This document shows, in pieces, positions 1-13,480 of a stretch of DNA of 64,000 nt; position 1 is the stretch's first letter; each line of letters opens with the position of its first letter. Under the pieces are notes generated by a model, which saw nothing but the letters and a program-made list of their open reading frames with translations, was not told the DNA's origin and made no database searches. Position numbers and translations under genes: made by a program. The DNA comes from Somniosus microcephalus. Taxonomy: Eukaryota. The DNA lies in contig CM126222.1 in NCBI GenBank assembly GCA_052327205.1, positions 47,492,001 through 47,556,000 on the forward strand, written 5' to 3'.

Positions 1-942
1 CACACCGTTACCTCTGGAGTCCTCGAGGAATCTGTCCTTGGCCCCCTCCTATTTCTCATCTACATACTTCCCCTCAGGGACAACATCCGAAGACTTGACA
101 TCCAGCTCCACATGTATGCCGACGGCACCGAGCTCTACCTCACCACCACCTTTCTCGACCCCTCTACTGCCTCTGTGTTGCCAGCTTGCTTGTCTGGCAT
201 CCAGTCCTAGATGAGCTGCAATTTCACACCACAAACTCCGATCCCTCGCCATTGATTCCATTCCCTTTTCCGGTCACTGTCCTAGTTTGAACCAGACTGT
301 TCGCAACCTCGACGTCCTTTTTGACCCTAAGCTGAGCTTCCAAACCCATATTTTCTTCATCAGAAAGTCTGTCTACTTCCACCTCCGTAACATTACCTGT
401 CTCCACCTTGCCTCAGCCCATCTTCTGCTGAAAACCTCATCCATGCTTCTGTTCCCTCCAGACTTGATTATTCCAATGCTCTCCTGACCAGCTTCCCGTC
501 TTCCACCCTCCACAACTGTGCTGCCTGAAGCCTAACCGGCTCCAAATCCCAGTCACCCATTACCCCTGTGCCCGCTGACCCACATGGTTTCCAGTCCACT
601 AACACCTCCAATTTAAAATTCTCACCCTCGTGTTCATATCCTTCCGTGGCCTCCCCATCCCTATCTCTAACCTGGTCCAACCCGCCGAGAACTGCGCGTT
701 CCTCCAACTGCTTTTGCTCCACCATTGGCAGCCATGTCTTCAGCTGTCTAGGCCCTGAATTCCCTCTGTAAACATCTCTCTCCTCCTTTAAGACTCTCCT
801 TAAACCCTATCTCTCTGATCAAGCTTTTAGTCACCGTTCCTAATATCTCCCTCTTCGGCTGTGTCAATTTTGACTCCTTTTGAAGCGCCGTGGGGCATTT
901 TCCTACATTAGCGCCGCTATATAAATGCAAGTTGTTGTTGTT
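1..942 (+). mobile_element. L2-clade LINE, decayed 3' portion (RT domain end plus tail)
   Basis: Start reads as degenerate GVPQGSVLGPLLFLIY...HMYADDTQLY (ggagtcctcgaggaatctgtccttggccccctcctatttctcatctac ... atgtatgccgacggcaccgagctctac). Ends in the tail ctatataaatgcaagttgttgttgtt shared with other copies in the window. Confidence 0.85.
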
Positions 943-1799
943 CAGCATTGGTGATGGATAGAAATGAGTTCTTGAAGTTGCAGTCCGGTTTGGACAACTA
1001 ACGTTTTATGTCTTGCCCTGTCTTCCCTCCCCTTTCTTGGTTCAGTGACACATGAGTTGTTGAGCCTGCTCAGAACAGTGAATTCCCTTGGGAATCTGGG
1101 ATGTTTGCAGCTAGCTGGGGAGATGCAACTTTAGTTTCCTCTGTTGCGGTGAGCTGCAAGATTGGGGCCAGCTGGGTGTGTTCAACTGCTGTCTGTTTTT
1201 GAAGTTTATAGATTTAAAATGTTATACTTTCTTGGTGGTAGAATCACGATAAAACAATTCTACCACCAGCGTCGTCATTCTATAGCTATCATTTTTAGGC
1301 GTCTCTTGTATTAGAAAATAAATAAATAGTTGTATTTTTCTATTTTCTCACCAATGTTTTATTCCATTCTTTCCATTCACGAAGGAGGTCAGTACTTATT
1401 GGGGTACAGTTTGATAAGCATTAGTTGCCCTATAGAATTTTACAGCACAGAAACAAGCCATGTGGCCCAACAGGTCTATGCCGGTGTTTATGCTGCACAC
1501 AAGCCTCCCAGGATGCTGAGGCTTATTGTCATGTCCCTACCACTGCCCCAGTGAAGAATGGCTAACCTAGCACAGACTGGCCTTGATCTTCCTGATCTGC
1601 ATAGCTCATCTATTCACTGCTTTAACCAGCCCAGCCATTTTGATGCTTATTTTAACCCATCCAGATAAATGAGGTGGCTTATTGACCAGTGTCATTTTCT
1701 GCCAGTGTGGCTTTATCAACAGTACTTAAAAATAGATATGACAACACAAGATCCTCGGCATGCATGGAATTGATTCTTTTTGATGCTGCATCACACCAA

Positions 1800-2270
1800 G
1801 GGTCTTGGTCTCCACCAGGACCGTGTGGCGATCACTGCTCCAAAGCTGACATGGACACATCTGCGACAGAGAGATTGGTGAGGGCGAGGTCAAGTGGGTT
1901 ATTGCCACATGTTGGTTCTCTCAGCACCTGCCGCAATCCTAGTCTGGCAGCTATGTCCTTCAGGACCCAGTCAGCTCAGTCAGTGATGATATTATGGAGC
2001 CACTCTTGATGATGGACATTGAATTCCAGCACCTAGAGTACAACCTGTGCCCTTGCCAACCTCTGTGTTCAACATGGAGGAGTCCTGATTCAGAAGCTGA
2101 GGGAGGGTGGTAGCTAGTAATTTCGCAGGAGGTTTCCTTCCCCATGTTTGACCTAAAGCCATGAGAGTTCCTGGGGTCCGGAGTCAATGTTGAGGACTCC
2201 CAGGGTCACTCTCCCCGACTCCATGTCACTGTGCCACCATTTCTTGTGGGTCTGTCCTGCCAGTGGGACA
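1800..2270 (-). mobile_element. non-LTR retrotransposon fragment, apurinic endonuclease region
   Basis: Minus strand gives decayed FNVHHQEWL...LKDIAARLGLRQV.REPT...DL.LTNL and SDRHTVLVETK (SDH motif region). Boundaries approximate. Confidence 0.6.
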
Positions 2271-2274
2271 GAAT

Positions 2275-2397
2275 TTTATAATCTGAATTCAAATTCTCAA
2301 ACTTCTATGATAGGATTCGAGCTCACATTGTCTGGATTATTCGTCCAGGCCTCTGGATTACTAGTTCAGTAACATAACCACTGCGCTACTGTACCCA
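2275..2397 (-). mobile_element. tRNA-derived SINE head fragment
   Basis: Reverse complement begins gggtacagtagcgcagtggttatgttactgaactagtaatccagaggcc (A-box-like) with a gctcgaatcc B-box-like motif. Confidence 0.5.
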
Positions 2398-3594
2398 ACT
2401 GATTAAACAGTTTTCAAAAATTAACTGGCGACTTTTCAAAAAGGCTATCTGTTTAATGTATGAAAGAGGAAGTGCATTAAAACCAAAATATAGTAATTTT
2501 TATTCGCTGCCTTCATTTTCTAGTAACTCAGTACACCAGGGAACAAACCTGGGAACTTCCTGTTCCGTGTGACTCACCACATCCGGAGGTGTACTTACCT
2601 GCCATTGAAGAAGACATACATTTTGATTTTATTATTTTTACATTACCTATTATGCGCACTGTCACAAAGTATTAGAGCAATTAGTACAAACCAAAGCAGT
2701 CAACTTGCATTCCATGACTGTGGGCGGGTTTAATCTATTGGGAGGCCAGATTTGCACACTAATAAAAGTAATTTTAATAAACTGGCAACAATCTATACTG
2801 GTGATTATTGTAAACAATATTGCTGTGCAGTTGTTATATACCTTTAATTAGACACTATAGCTTTCGCACAATTTGAAAATTAAATTGACAAACTAGTGAT
2901 TTATAATGTGGCCATTAAAGGCCAGCCATCATGCAGAAGGGTTTTTGTGCAAATTTAAAATAAATAAAACAGTTGGTTTGAAAGAGGATACTGCAGTTGT
3001 TTGTGTGTAATTACACACTCACTTTACGCAGAACAAGGTTGGCAGAGGCTGTGGAGATGTGCTCAGTCATTCTCCAGGAGCCTGTGGTTCCTGGTCCTAG
3101 AAGATAACAAGTGGAGAAATTAATGTATCTTCAAAAATTAAGCTCAGTTGCAAGGTAATTTGATAACAACAGCCAACGTGCATATTAGACCTGTGAGCCA
3201 CAGTGAACTGAGCACAAACACGACAATCCAATGTGACTCAGTTAATGAAGTAATAAATTGTAGCAGTCAGGAGGAAAAACATAAGCATTAAAATATGCAT
3301 ATAAAAATTGCAAGGCATTGCTGGAAACAATATAACATAACCAAATGTTATCCTTGAAGGATGAATGATAGCTTCAGGGTCCCTGTTGTTTTCATTGGGA
3401 GCTGCTGATCTCTATCAAAAGCGAAAGAAATCCATTATTTCTAACTCGAAGTTAATTGATTTTTAACCAATACTTGTGTTGCCTGAGTTACAGCTACCTC
3501 ACTGCAGTGGCTCAATCTGCATTTCCTAATTGCTGAAGTTGCAAAAGGCAACCCATTTTATGTTGAATACAGTATATTTTTCCTTTTGTTGCAG

Positions 3595-3983
3595 GACAAT
3601 GTAGAAAGGGTAGATGCCCTCCAGACGTCTGTTGAAGAATTCATTGAGAAGTATGAGAAACCGTATAAGCCTGTAGTGCTGGTAAATGCTGAGCATGGGT
3701 GGGCAGCGCACGAAAAGTGGACACTGGAGCGGTTAAAGCGCAAGTACAGAAATCAAAAATTTAAATGCGGGGAAGACAACGATGGCTACTCTGTTAAAAT
3801 GAAGATGAAGTATTATGCCGACTACATGGAAACTACAAAAGATGATAGTCCTCTTTACATTTTTGATAGCAGCTATGGGGAGCACCCGAAAAGGAGGAAA
3901 CTGTTAGAGGATTATGAAGTGGCAAAGTATTTCAGGGATGATTTATTCCAGTTTGCAGGGGAAAAGCGAAGGCCTCCATACAG
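3595..3983 (+). CDS. JMJD6: JMJD6 (JmjC arginine demethylase / lysyl hydroxylase) coding exon 2
   Basis: ttttgttgcag acceptor, AG|gtaac donor, 389 bp. Encodes [10 protein letters not shown]...[34 protein letters not shown]...[22 protein letters not shown]...GEKRRPPYR, recognisably JMJD6. Confidence 0.98.
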
Positions 3984-5089
3984 GTAACAGCACTTAAACA
4001 ACCAACCTTGGTGATTAATTGTTAGAAAGCAGTAATGTAGGTCAGTGTGTACAGAGTACCTCCTCCTGTATCCCATAGCTTTCATGTCGGATTTCTAGCG
4101 TGACAGAGCAGGCCTTAGTTGGAGAGCTCTTTTAGAGCCCGAGAGACCGACATTCCATTCAAGCAAAAGTGATGAGCTCTGTTAATGTCGGGCAGTAGAT
4201 GCTTGTGCAGCACGTCAGCCGCCTAGCTGAGCAGTTAGCAAATGTTAGTCTCTTTCATCAGACAAATCAGGAAAGTGTCTTTGTCTTGTTAATCCTCAGT
4301 GAGTTCTGCAGCATGCACAGGAAAACCTGTGGATTGTGCCTGAATGTTTTTTAAAAACTGGCCACGATGATGGAACTATTCAGAACGATGCCCTTCCAAT
4401 GTCTTGCTGATCAAAGTGGTGAATACAAATGACAAATTTAGAAAACATGCAAATAATCAAGTTTATTTTAAGAAAAGGGCCAAGTATCTATAGATTACAG
4501 ACAAGTAGTGTTTTCATGTGTATGGGATCAAAGCACAAATGGAAATGAGTGCACTATCCTGCAAATCTATTTTTTCAAGTGTCCCATTATATTTCTGTTG
4601 ACCCTGATTATAACCATTCACAAACACTAAAACTTTATTCAGGGAAAGCTTTCCTAAATGCTGGAATGTAATTAAGAACCTCAAGCCAGTTAAAGCACCC
4701 CACTCAAGTCAGCTCAGCTGTCTTGATACTACAGTATAAAGCATATTGGATTATTCATTTTGATCATATAAACTAGTCTGTCTGAAGAAATGCCTTCTCG
4801 CTGGAGTTACTTTTTTGTAAATGTTGTGCTCATCGAGCTGAGAGATGCTAGAGAAAGGAATGCTTCAATTTCGGGCATGCAGTGTCAGCATCAAGAATTC
4901 TGAGGTCAGGTAAAGTGTGGTTAACTGCAGAGGAAATCTTCCTCTACTCTGTCCCAAAAATATACCTGAAACCCCAACCTCAGAAGGTCATGTCTAACTG
5001 CACCTGTGTGACAACTTCATTTCCCACACCAGCTATTCTGTTGAACTTTGGCCTCGTATCTTGGAATTAGATCAAGAGAACGGCCGAAC

Positions 5090-5196
5090 GCATTTCATGT
5101 AGGATCCTTACAATAATTAATAAGTCTAGCCTCTATCTGAACCCAGGTTGCAGCAGTGAAAGGTTAGCGTCTAACTCACTGTGCCACCCAGTCCCG
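5090..5196 (-). mobile_element. ancient tRNA-derived SINE head (LF-SINE-like)
   Basis: Reverse complement gggactgggtggcacagtgagttagacgctaacctttcactgctgcaacctgggttcag resembles the LF-SINE 5' end as I recall it. Extent uncertain. Confidence 0.35.
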
Positions 5197-5272
5197 GATA
5201 ACTCATTCTAAGTGTAGTCGATTGCACTGTAAATACTTTATGGGACAGTTCAGAATTATTTACATAAGAACA

Positions 5273-5715
5273 GAAAACAATTTGGGTTTATATAGTGCCT
5301 TTAATGTACTGTAATGAGGAACCCCAGGGTGTTTCACTTAAGAGTGCTAGCAATGAACACGAGGAGGTGAGTTAAGAGAGATCTGAATGAATGGTTAAAA
5401 AGATAAGTTTTGAGGAGGCTTTTAAAGAAAGAGAAAAGTAGGAGGCAAACGGGTTTAAAGACTGAGTTCCAGAGAGGACGATAGTGAAGGTTGAAGGCTC
5501 TGGCACTGAAAGCAGAATGGCAGGAAGATGAGTCAGAACACTGCAGGACAGGGCATGGAGGAGGGTGCAGAAGTAGCGAAGAACAAGGCCATTGAGGGAT
5601 TTGTTAACAGAACAAGGAATTTGAGCTTAATGTATCGGGACAGGGAGCAATTGGAGGTCGACAGGGGTGATGGGCAAGTGGGACTTAGTGCAGGATGGAA
5701 TGTGAGCAGTGAAGG
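5273..5715 (-). mobile_element. old L2 LINE 3' fragment
   Basis: gtttatatagtgccttta is the tail in reverse, followed by purine-rich sequence resembling the reverse of the L2 3' end at 23306-23805. Heavily diverged. Confidence 0.55.
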
Positions 5716-6038
5716 TTCGAATAGTTAGATACCCTGGGTAAGATGAGTTAATGTTCCATGTACATTTTTTATATGATTTTCTAATTATCAGCAATTTTCA
5801 CAGTATACATGCATTTATGACTGGGTGCAGAGAGTAAGAGAATTGAAAAGTTACTTTCTGAATCGCCACTTAAGTTTTTTTTGAAGAAAACAAGGACATT
5901 GTGCCTGTACAGGAAGAATATTTCTAGTAAGTGTTCTGTATACAGCACATCAGTATCCGGATCAGCATTGAAAAAAGCTTAGTATTACAGTGTAGAAGGA
6001 TAAATGTGAAAAATAATTCCTATGTTTTATATTTTTAG

Positions 6039-6325
6039 ATGGTTTGTCATGGGCCCTCCTAGGTCTGGAACTGGTGTCCATATTGATCCTTTAGGAACAA
6101 GTGCATGGAATGCTCTAGTTCAAGGTCACAAGCGCTGGTGTTTGTTCCCTACAAATACACCTCGTGAGCTTATCAAGATGACCAGGGAAGAAGGTGGAAA
6201 CCAACAGGATGAGGCCATCACGTGGTTCGTCATTGTCTACCCTCGAACACAGCATCCGACCTGGCCGCAGGAGTTTAAACCCTTGGAAATCCTTCAGAAG
6301 CCCGGGGAGACCGTCTTTGTGCCAG
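6039..6325 (+). CDS. JMJD6: JMJD6 coding exon 3 (JmjC core, HxD motif)
   Basis: tttttag acceptor, G|gtgac donor, 287 bp, phase continuous with exon 2. Encodes [37 protein letters not shown]...[13 protein letters not shown]. Confidence 0.98.
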
Positions 6326-7474
6326 GTGACTTTTTTTTAAACAGAAAAGGTTTGCTTCCACAGGGCTTTGTTGAAGGGGATCATTGCTGTTGGAAAGTCA
6401 TTGGCATTTTTTCCACTGGTGCTCAACATATGACATAAAGGCATTGTTTCTGTTTGAAAACTGATTTTGTTGCTTGTGGGTGACATAAAATGACAAAACC
6501 CTTGTCCAATCCAACCAACAGTGCCAATTTCCTTACTATTAAAAAATACTTTTTCAGAGTTTTACATTGATTAAATCGTTTTGGTCATGTGCTTCTAGCT
6601 ATACATACTAGCACTTAGAATCTGCAGGGCTCTACACACTTTGATGGTGTTCCCTATTGAAGGATTTAGGACAATTTGTTTGTAGTGGGTCTGGGGATGA
6701 CGGTCAGGAACCTCTAATATTGTCCTGTGATGGGTTGTCAGCGGTCGTCTACTGCCCTGTAATAGGGGTCAGAGGAACCCTTAGATTTCCAAAAAAAGAG
6801 CCTCAACACTCATTCATCGCACACTTTTTCCCTTGCATTCTCTCCATTCCATAGGGCCCAGTTGCCTTCTGATACCCCACTCAAATGATTATTGATTAAG
6901 TGTGAGCTTCGACAGTGAGTGCTGGAACAGATACGTCTCATCCAATCTGTGCCCGATATCCAAATAAGCCAATTTTTCTCTTAAGTAATCTGGGGCGATA
7001 GTGTCTATCACTATCCTGGTTGAGTGCTGCTGACTCCACACAGACCACAGATTGAACCTATACTTTTCCTGTTCTGTGTAGCTCATCTGTGGTGACTTTA
7101 CCATTGAGCCATTGTAATGTGCGCATTCATACTCGTTCCGACTGGCATATATATACATCACACGTTTGTTGCTGTCAGTCATGGGAATTATGCTATCCTG
7201 TCATGGAGGCTCCTCTTCTATGGCAGAACTGACGGGCAGGGGACGTGCTACTGAAACTGAGATTATTCGTGGCTAAATGACCTGTCCATACATTTTATGA
7301 TTCTGTGAATCGTAGAAAGGATGAAACTATTTTAGCCTAGTTTCACTTACACTTCGGAGCATGGGTCAGGATAGGTTCTGGACTTCTCCAATGCAATTGT
7401 CGGTCTGTCAGTAATTAAACTTGATTAAATGTACGTTATATTGATTGAGATTTAGAAATGGGTTCCTTACATAG

Positions 7475-7630
<156 letters not shown>

Positions 7631-7789
7631 TAATCTCAGCTAGAGATTATTATCTGGAGTGAAGTAGGCTATTGGTATTCAGGAGATGTTGTTTATGGTG
7701 GGTCAGTGATGGTGCATAATGTAAATGAGTAAAGAAATGGTATTGATGGGGAAAATAGCCTTTTCTTTACTTGTACGTCTGCCCATTGC

Positions 7790-8030
7790 CTAAAGCCTAT
7801 TAAGGCAGTGAGTAGTTGAACCATACAGGGCAGGAAATTCCAGTTTTGATTCAGTGCTGAATTACTTGATCTCAGCCAGGGAGTTACGGTACCTTTGATT
7901 CAGGGGCTGCTGTCCCTTGCCCCATGCAGAAAGCACGCATGTGCGGACATTGGATGAGGACAGGATTAGGCGTGCTTCTGTTCCCCCATGGCGGATATTC
8001 TCTGTCAGTCCTCGTGTGATGAATGACCAC
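7790..8030 (+). mobile_element. old interspersed SINE-like repeat; related copies near 20845-21115 and 33455-33790
   Basis: Shared degenerate core gtgctga.tta..tgatctcagccaggg ... aggattag across the three loci, recognised by eye. Boundaries approximate. Confidence 0.35.
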
Positions 8031-9087
8031 TTCTGCGAAGTACCAGAATTATTCCCCAGTAAAGAATCAGGGGAGAGAGGGAGCAGAGAGAATTAGCAAA
8101 AAAAAGGTGAATGAGAATTTTTAGGGACAGGAAATCGTTCTTATACCAACAAGCCCATTCCTTACTCAGACCAGTACCACCTGCCCACTTTCTTATCATA
8201 TCTCTTCTCTCCGGAAACTTATCCAATTGTCTGTTCCACCCACTTATTCTGTCTACTTCAATGGCCTTTCATGGTAACTTATTCCACAATTCTGTTACCC
8301 TTTTGGTGCAAAGTTCTGCCAGACTTCCCTTCTTACTCCTAACTTCCCCTCCCTCTTGAAATGCTACACTAACAGTGTACTTTTAAGGCACATTGTAAGG
8401 GCAATTTGGGGAAGCTTTGCAATCCTTTTGGCACGTGTCATATCTCATGGAAGTGCATTTGACATTGGCTCTGAGTGCAGAGTGAAAACATGATTCTTCA
8501 GTCAGTTTATGGAAAGTTTCCAGGGTTAGTATTCCTGCTAAGTTGTACCTCCTTGTTGTTTATGGTTTCACGTGTGCCTTGTGCTCTACCATACTTTGCT
8601 GAAGTGACCACCCATCATGTGTGAACCTAGACAGTGAGTGTCAGCAGACTGCTCCAGAATACGGGGAAGGGGAGAACCGTGTTCTCAGTGATTTACATAC
8701 ACACACACACAGTTCCAGCAGAGCTTGCTGGAAAGTGATTGGAGTCCTGACCAATTTTACCCTTCCCAACCTTGGGACGCCAAGATGAATTGGTGCTTTT
8801 GCTGTTGCCAAGGTGAGATTGTCTGGGATTTAACCTGCAATGTTTCTGTTCTATATGGCTCAGTTACTCACTGCCTTAATATGCTGAGCCATTGGGAGAG
8901 CCTAACATTCTAATTGTTAGTGTGTCCCCTAATATTTGAACCCCTTCACCATGGTAAACAATTTGCACAGATCAATTTGTCAATTCTTCTAATAAACTGG
9001 AAACTTTAATTGAATATCTTGAAGTTTTTCCAAAAAATAAACGAGCCCAACTTGATTAGCCTTTCCTCTTAAATTCAATTCCAGATA

Positions 9088-9421
9088 CAGGAAACTTTGA
9101 GTTATCCGGAGGCGAACTGTCCGGCAAGCTCGAGCCACCGGCAAAAATCAGGAGCTGTTTTTTATTCTTTTCGTTTCTTTTCTTTGCTTTTTTTGAACAG
9201 TCAAGCTCTGCAAGGTCTGTAGCTAAGCAACAGCTTCAGCTAGAGACGCTACAGAGATGCTTGCCGACTGTTTAGAGGCTGTTGCTAAGCAACAGGGTTT
9301 GTTGATTCATACGGAGATGAAAATCTCCGTATCTTTCAACATTAGCTCTGGAGTGTCCGGCAGTTTTGAGGGAACGGCAGCAGCTCGGTCCCGTCGGTGC
9401 CGGATAGCACAAAGTTTCCTG
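9088..9421. mobile_element. Tc1/mariner-pogo type MITE
   Basis: TIRs caggaaactttgagttatccgg / ccggatagcacaaagtttcctg, with TA on both sides (9086-87, 9422-23). Non-coding. Interrupts older LINE-like sequence. Confidence 0.8.
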
Positions 9422-9920
9422 TATGTAGAATCAGTATTTTTTGCTCATCGCTACCTTCTCAAGAGCAACATTATCCTTCCTACAATAGGATGACTGGACT
9501 ATAGACAGTACACCAGATGGGTCTGGTAAAATCCTTACACAATAACAATGTAACATCTTTTGATTTGTACTCTGTACCTCTGATAATGCAACCAAGTACC
9601 TTAATTGCCATTTTTTATTGCAACTAAGCCTTAGATATCTTCCTTGATCAGCAGAGTTGAGTCACTGTACCACTTAGTGCATACACCACATTTTAGTTCT
9701 TTGTTCTCGCACTAATTATTTTATTTGCCCACATTGATTTGAATCTACCACTCTCTGGCCATGTTATCCAAAAGATCTAGATCCTTCTGAATCTGGTTAA
9801 ATTTTTCCTCATTATTTGTGCTGCCTCCTTTTTTGTATCATCTGCAATCTTGCTTAATAAATCATTAAGATAATTTTTTTTTAAAGTAAAGACCTTACGC
9901 AGACCTCTGATGTAACCCAC

Positions 9921-10416
9921 TTGCCATAGAGGGAGTGCAGCGAAGGTTCACCAGACTGATTCCTGGAATGGCAGGACTGTCCTATGAGGAGAGATTGGGT
10001 CGACTAGGCCTGTATTCACTAGAGTTTAGAAGAATGAGAGGGGGTCTCATTGAAACGTCTAAAATTCTGACAGGGCTAGACAGACTAGATGCAGGGAGGA
10101 TGTTTCCCCTGGCTGGGGGTCTAGAACGAGGGGTCACATTCTCAGGATACGGGGTAGGACATTTAGGACTGAGATGAGAAATTTCTTCACTCAGAGGGTG
10201 GTGAACCTGTGGAATTCTCTACCACAGAAGGCTGTGGAGGCCAAGTCACTGAATATATTTAAGAAGGAGATTGATAGATTCCTAGACACAAAAGGCATCA
10301 AGGGGTATGGGGAGAGAGCGGGAATATGGTATTTAGATCGAGGATCAGCCATGATCTTACTGAATGGCGGAGCAGGCTCGAAGGGCCTACTCCTGCTCCG
10401 ATTTTTCTATGTTTCT
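9921..10416 (+). mobile_element. CR1-clade LINE 3' end (HER1-like), relatively young
   Basis: Encodes VQRRFTRLIPGMAGLSYEERLGRLGLYSLEFRRMRG.LIE and RNFFTQRVVNLWNSLPQKAVEA..FKKEIDRFL, then tail ctactcctgctcc..ttctatgtttct. Confidence 0.92.
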
Positions 10417-10615
10417 CATATTTTCAGCCTGCAAAGTTCCTATTTATGACTACCCTGTGTTGTCTGCTTTGAAGACATTTTTAGAACCAGCAGTACACTT
10501 TATCTCCTGTTCCATGATCACAAATGTGGAATTTTTATCAAAAGTTTTCTGAAATGATAGTTTATTTTCTCCCTCTTGGACCAAGAAACAGAAATAAGGT
10601 AGTCACACAGCAGTA

Positions 10616-10898
10616 CAGGTTGAGCGTCCTGAATCCGGCAACCTCGGGACCGAGGCCGAGCCAGTTTTCGTGTTTTTCCAGACTTCGGAACGTGTTTCTG
10701 ACGTCCGGAAATATCGCAATCTGGGCTCGGGCGTTTCCAGACGTCGGACATCAGAAACACATTCCGAGTCTGGAAATGCCTGGGCCCAGGTTGCGGTTTG
10801 ACAGGGTGCCCATATTCTGGAACATTTTACGGATTCCGGACGTCTCTGCCACCAATCGTCCCGGATTCCGGAACTCCGGATTTTGGACGCACAACCTG
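10616..10898. mobile_element. Tigger/MER46-like MITE
   Basis: TIRs caggttgagcgtcc / ggacgcacaacctg, TA TSD (10614-15, 10899-900) inside a palindromic cagTActg target. Many tccgga subrepeats; CpG-rich. Confidence 0.88.
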
Positions 10899-12161
10899 TA
10901 CTGGAAGAGGTCTGGGATTAAACTGTTCACCTGTCATCTCAGTTGGGAAACCCACGTAGTTCATTCTATTGTTACTCTTTGCATGACTTGTATCTGTGAC
11001 TTGGCTCTAGTATATTGTGTGATCGTTTTGCTGAATTTTGTGGCCAGATCCTTCAAATTGAAGAGAACGAAAAGTCAATGGCTTTAAGTCAGAGCATGCA
11101 TTGTGGCTTTGTTCATAGTATACCAGGCACAAACTGCTTCTTTTCTTAATACTCCATCAGCTTATACAAGTGTAGCATACTTGCATATGGGATAATTTTG
11201 ATATTCAACATCTGAATAATCTGCTTACAGAGCAAAGAATAGGGTATTGTTTTAATAAAGATTGTTTTTATATATGAAATTCTAAGGAGTACTGATATGA
11301 AAAATGAAAAGTACTCTAACACCCCTTGGTACTTTGCATGCTGTACCTGTGCGCCCAGAGAGCTGTGTCTGGTTCATATCATCTAGAAATTGGCAATATA
11401 GTTCTCAATCTGCTACATTTAAAATGATAACTTCTACATTGTTCCACTTAAAGATCTTTACTAGTGCTGTTGTTGAACTTCCTGCTTTAAAATACAGGAA
11501 CGGTCCTAGGGAGCCTCACACCGCCAATTTTTTGTCCCTTCGTTTGGTACGCTTTTTTTCTGATAGTACAGCTGACATCAAGAGCTGAGCATTTGGGATA
11601 TTGTGATGAGAACCATTTCAGTGAACCTCAAACACTTAAGTTTTAAGGAGGAATGTAATTCAACAGGTAAATACCACCTCTGATTAGTACTTACCTTAGA
11701 CTTTGTCCCGGAGCTATGCTTTTTAAAAAAAAAAAAAATTGTTTTTAAATCACTTAGTGTTTCTCCATTGATTCCCGGAATAGGGAACCATATGGAATAA
11801 ATACTCTGCAGATGATATTGGTCCAGATTCTGCGACTGAGGATAACGTGCAGTACCTTCATTTATCGCACCCTATATATCGACTCTTGTTTGAACCAGAG
11901 TGTGGGCTGAATTCACATCAGCATAAAATCTTCAGTTTAAATGGGATTTAATTGTGATAAATGAGACTAAACCACAAACAAGTACACTGCGGTAACACTA
12001 AATTAGTTAGAGCTGTGAAGTACAGCATATGCAGCTTTAAATTAAAGAATTGGGTAAGTGAAGGTGTAGGTTATTTACGTACAATTTTTATATTGTGTTC
12101 AGTTTTGGCAAGTTTCCATGTCGAGAAGAATCGAACATTTTCTGCTTCTGTATTCTGGCAG

Positions 12162-12300
12162 GATTTTAAAGCAAGAACGGCCAGAACTTGCTGTAGCGGC
12201 AGATTTGGTTGACCTGCAGGAGTCTACGGGCATTGCGTCAGACAGCTCAAGCGATTCCTCCAGTTCGTCTAGTTCTAGTTCCTCAGACTCTGACTCCGAG
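12162..12300 (+). CDS. JMJD6: JMJD6 coding exon 5 (poly-serine region)
   Basis: tctggcag acceptor, GAG|gtgaga donor, 139 bp. Encodes [46 protein letters not shown]. Confidence 0.97.
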
Positions 12301-13239
12301 GTGAGAACTTGTTTTCCTTTCCTGCAAATAATTGGGTTAAATGTCACTTGTTTATTTTCATTTATGGTGTGGTCAGTAGAAATTGGTAAAAGCTGTAATA
12401 TATGTTCAGCAAATCGATTTGGAATCATGAATTCCCACTCCTACAGTTGGAAATGGAAAAGCCAAAAGCAAAAGTTATGAGGTAAAGAAATGTTTGGTTT
12501 TGATAACTTGAAGAGTTACAACATTATGTAAGGATGCAATACAGTTGTGTGATCCTGTATATCTCACATAAAGATTTAATCATATATCCTTGCTCCAATC
12601 CTATGATTGAGGATTGTACTTGTTTACATTAATAAGTAGTAATATGCACCCGTTTATCAAAATAATCATTTTATAGTGGAGGGTAGCTGATATTTTCAAG
12701 CAATTGAGTACTTTTTAAATTATTTCTTTTTCAAATGCAGAGTGCATTTTTCTACTGTAATCTGAACTAAACGGTAATGTTGCCATGAGCTGTGCTTGGT
12801 CTTGGTAGAAAGTTTTCAACAGGAGAATGATCCTTGAAGATGTAAACAAATTGTCTCTATCCAGAGGTGTGGGGAATTCTAGAAAAGTAGTGCACCCAAG
12901 AGTGGAGAAAGGGAAAGAAATGCTGACAAAGCAAACTCCATGGTTAAGAAGGGCAAGACAGATTAAACTAAGTTTACAGAGCTAGTCAGAGAGCAAAGCC
13001 TCTTGAATAATGGTTAAATTCATACAAGGGAGTTTGGAGGTGAGAACAAAGTTCTATTATTAAAGCTACAGTAAGTGAAGGCCTACCTGATGGAGCAAGG
13101 ATAAAGTAGAAACCTAGATGGCCTCAGTTAGAGTTTTATCAACAGTATTTTGCTCTTTGATATAACAGGGTAGCTAAGAAATGAGACCGTTGTGTTTATT
13201 TTGTTTTAAAATGTTGAAGTAGGACAGGAATATTGCTTT

Positions 13240-13480
13240 TTTATTCATTCACGGGATGTGGGTGTCGCCGGCAAGGCCACCATTTATAGCCCATCCCTAA
13301 TTGTCCTCGAGAAGGTGTTGGTGAGCCGCTTTCTTGAATACGGTGGCTTGCTAGGCCATTTCAGAGGGCAGTTAAGAGTCAATCACATTGCTGTGGGTCT
13401 GGAGTCACATATAGGCCAGACCAGGTAAGGTTGGCAGATTTCCTTCCCTAAAGGACATAAGTGAACCAGATGGGTTTTAA
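13240..13480 (-). mobile_element. SINE body with LINE-derived tail
   Basis: attcattcacgggatgtgggtgtcgccggcaaggcc...cccatccctaattg...gtgggtctggagtcacatataggccagaccagg resembles a common shark SINE/LINE 3' end in reverse (recognition from memory). Confidence 0.6.

Noticed and set aside
3919-3930. JMJD6 VAKY where VPK is usual, and other small substitutions
   Set aside because: Catalytic HxD...H residues and all splice phases are intact; ordinary lineage variation.
10524-11087. 187-aa ORF
   Set aside because: Spans a GC-rich MITE, non-ATG start, no recognisable domain.
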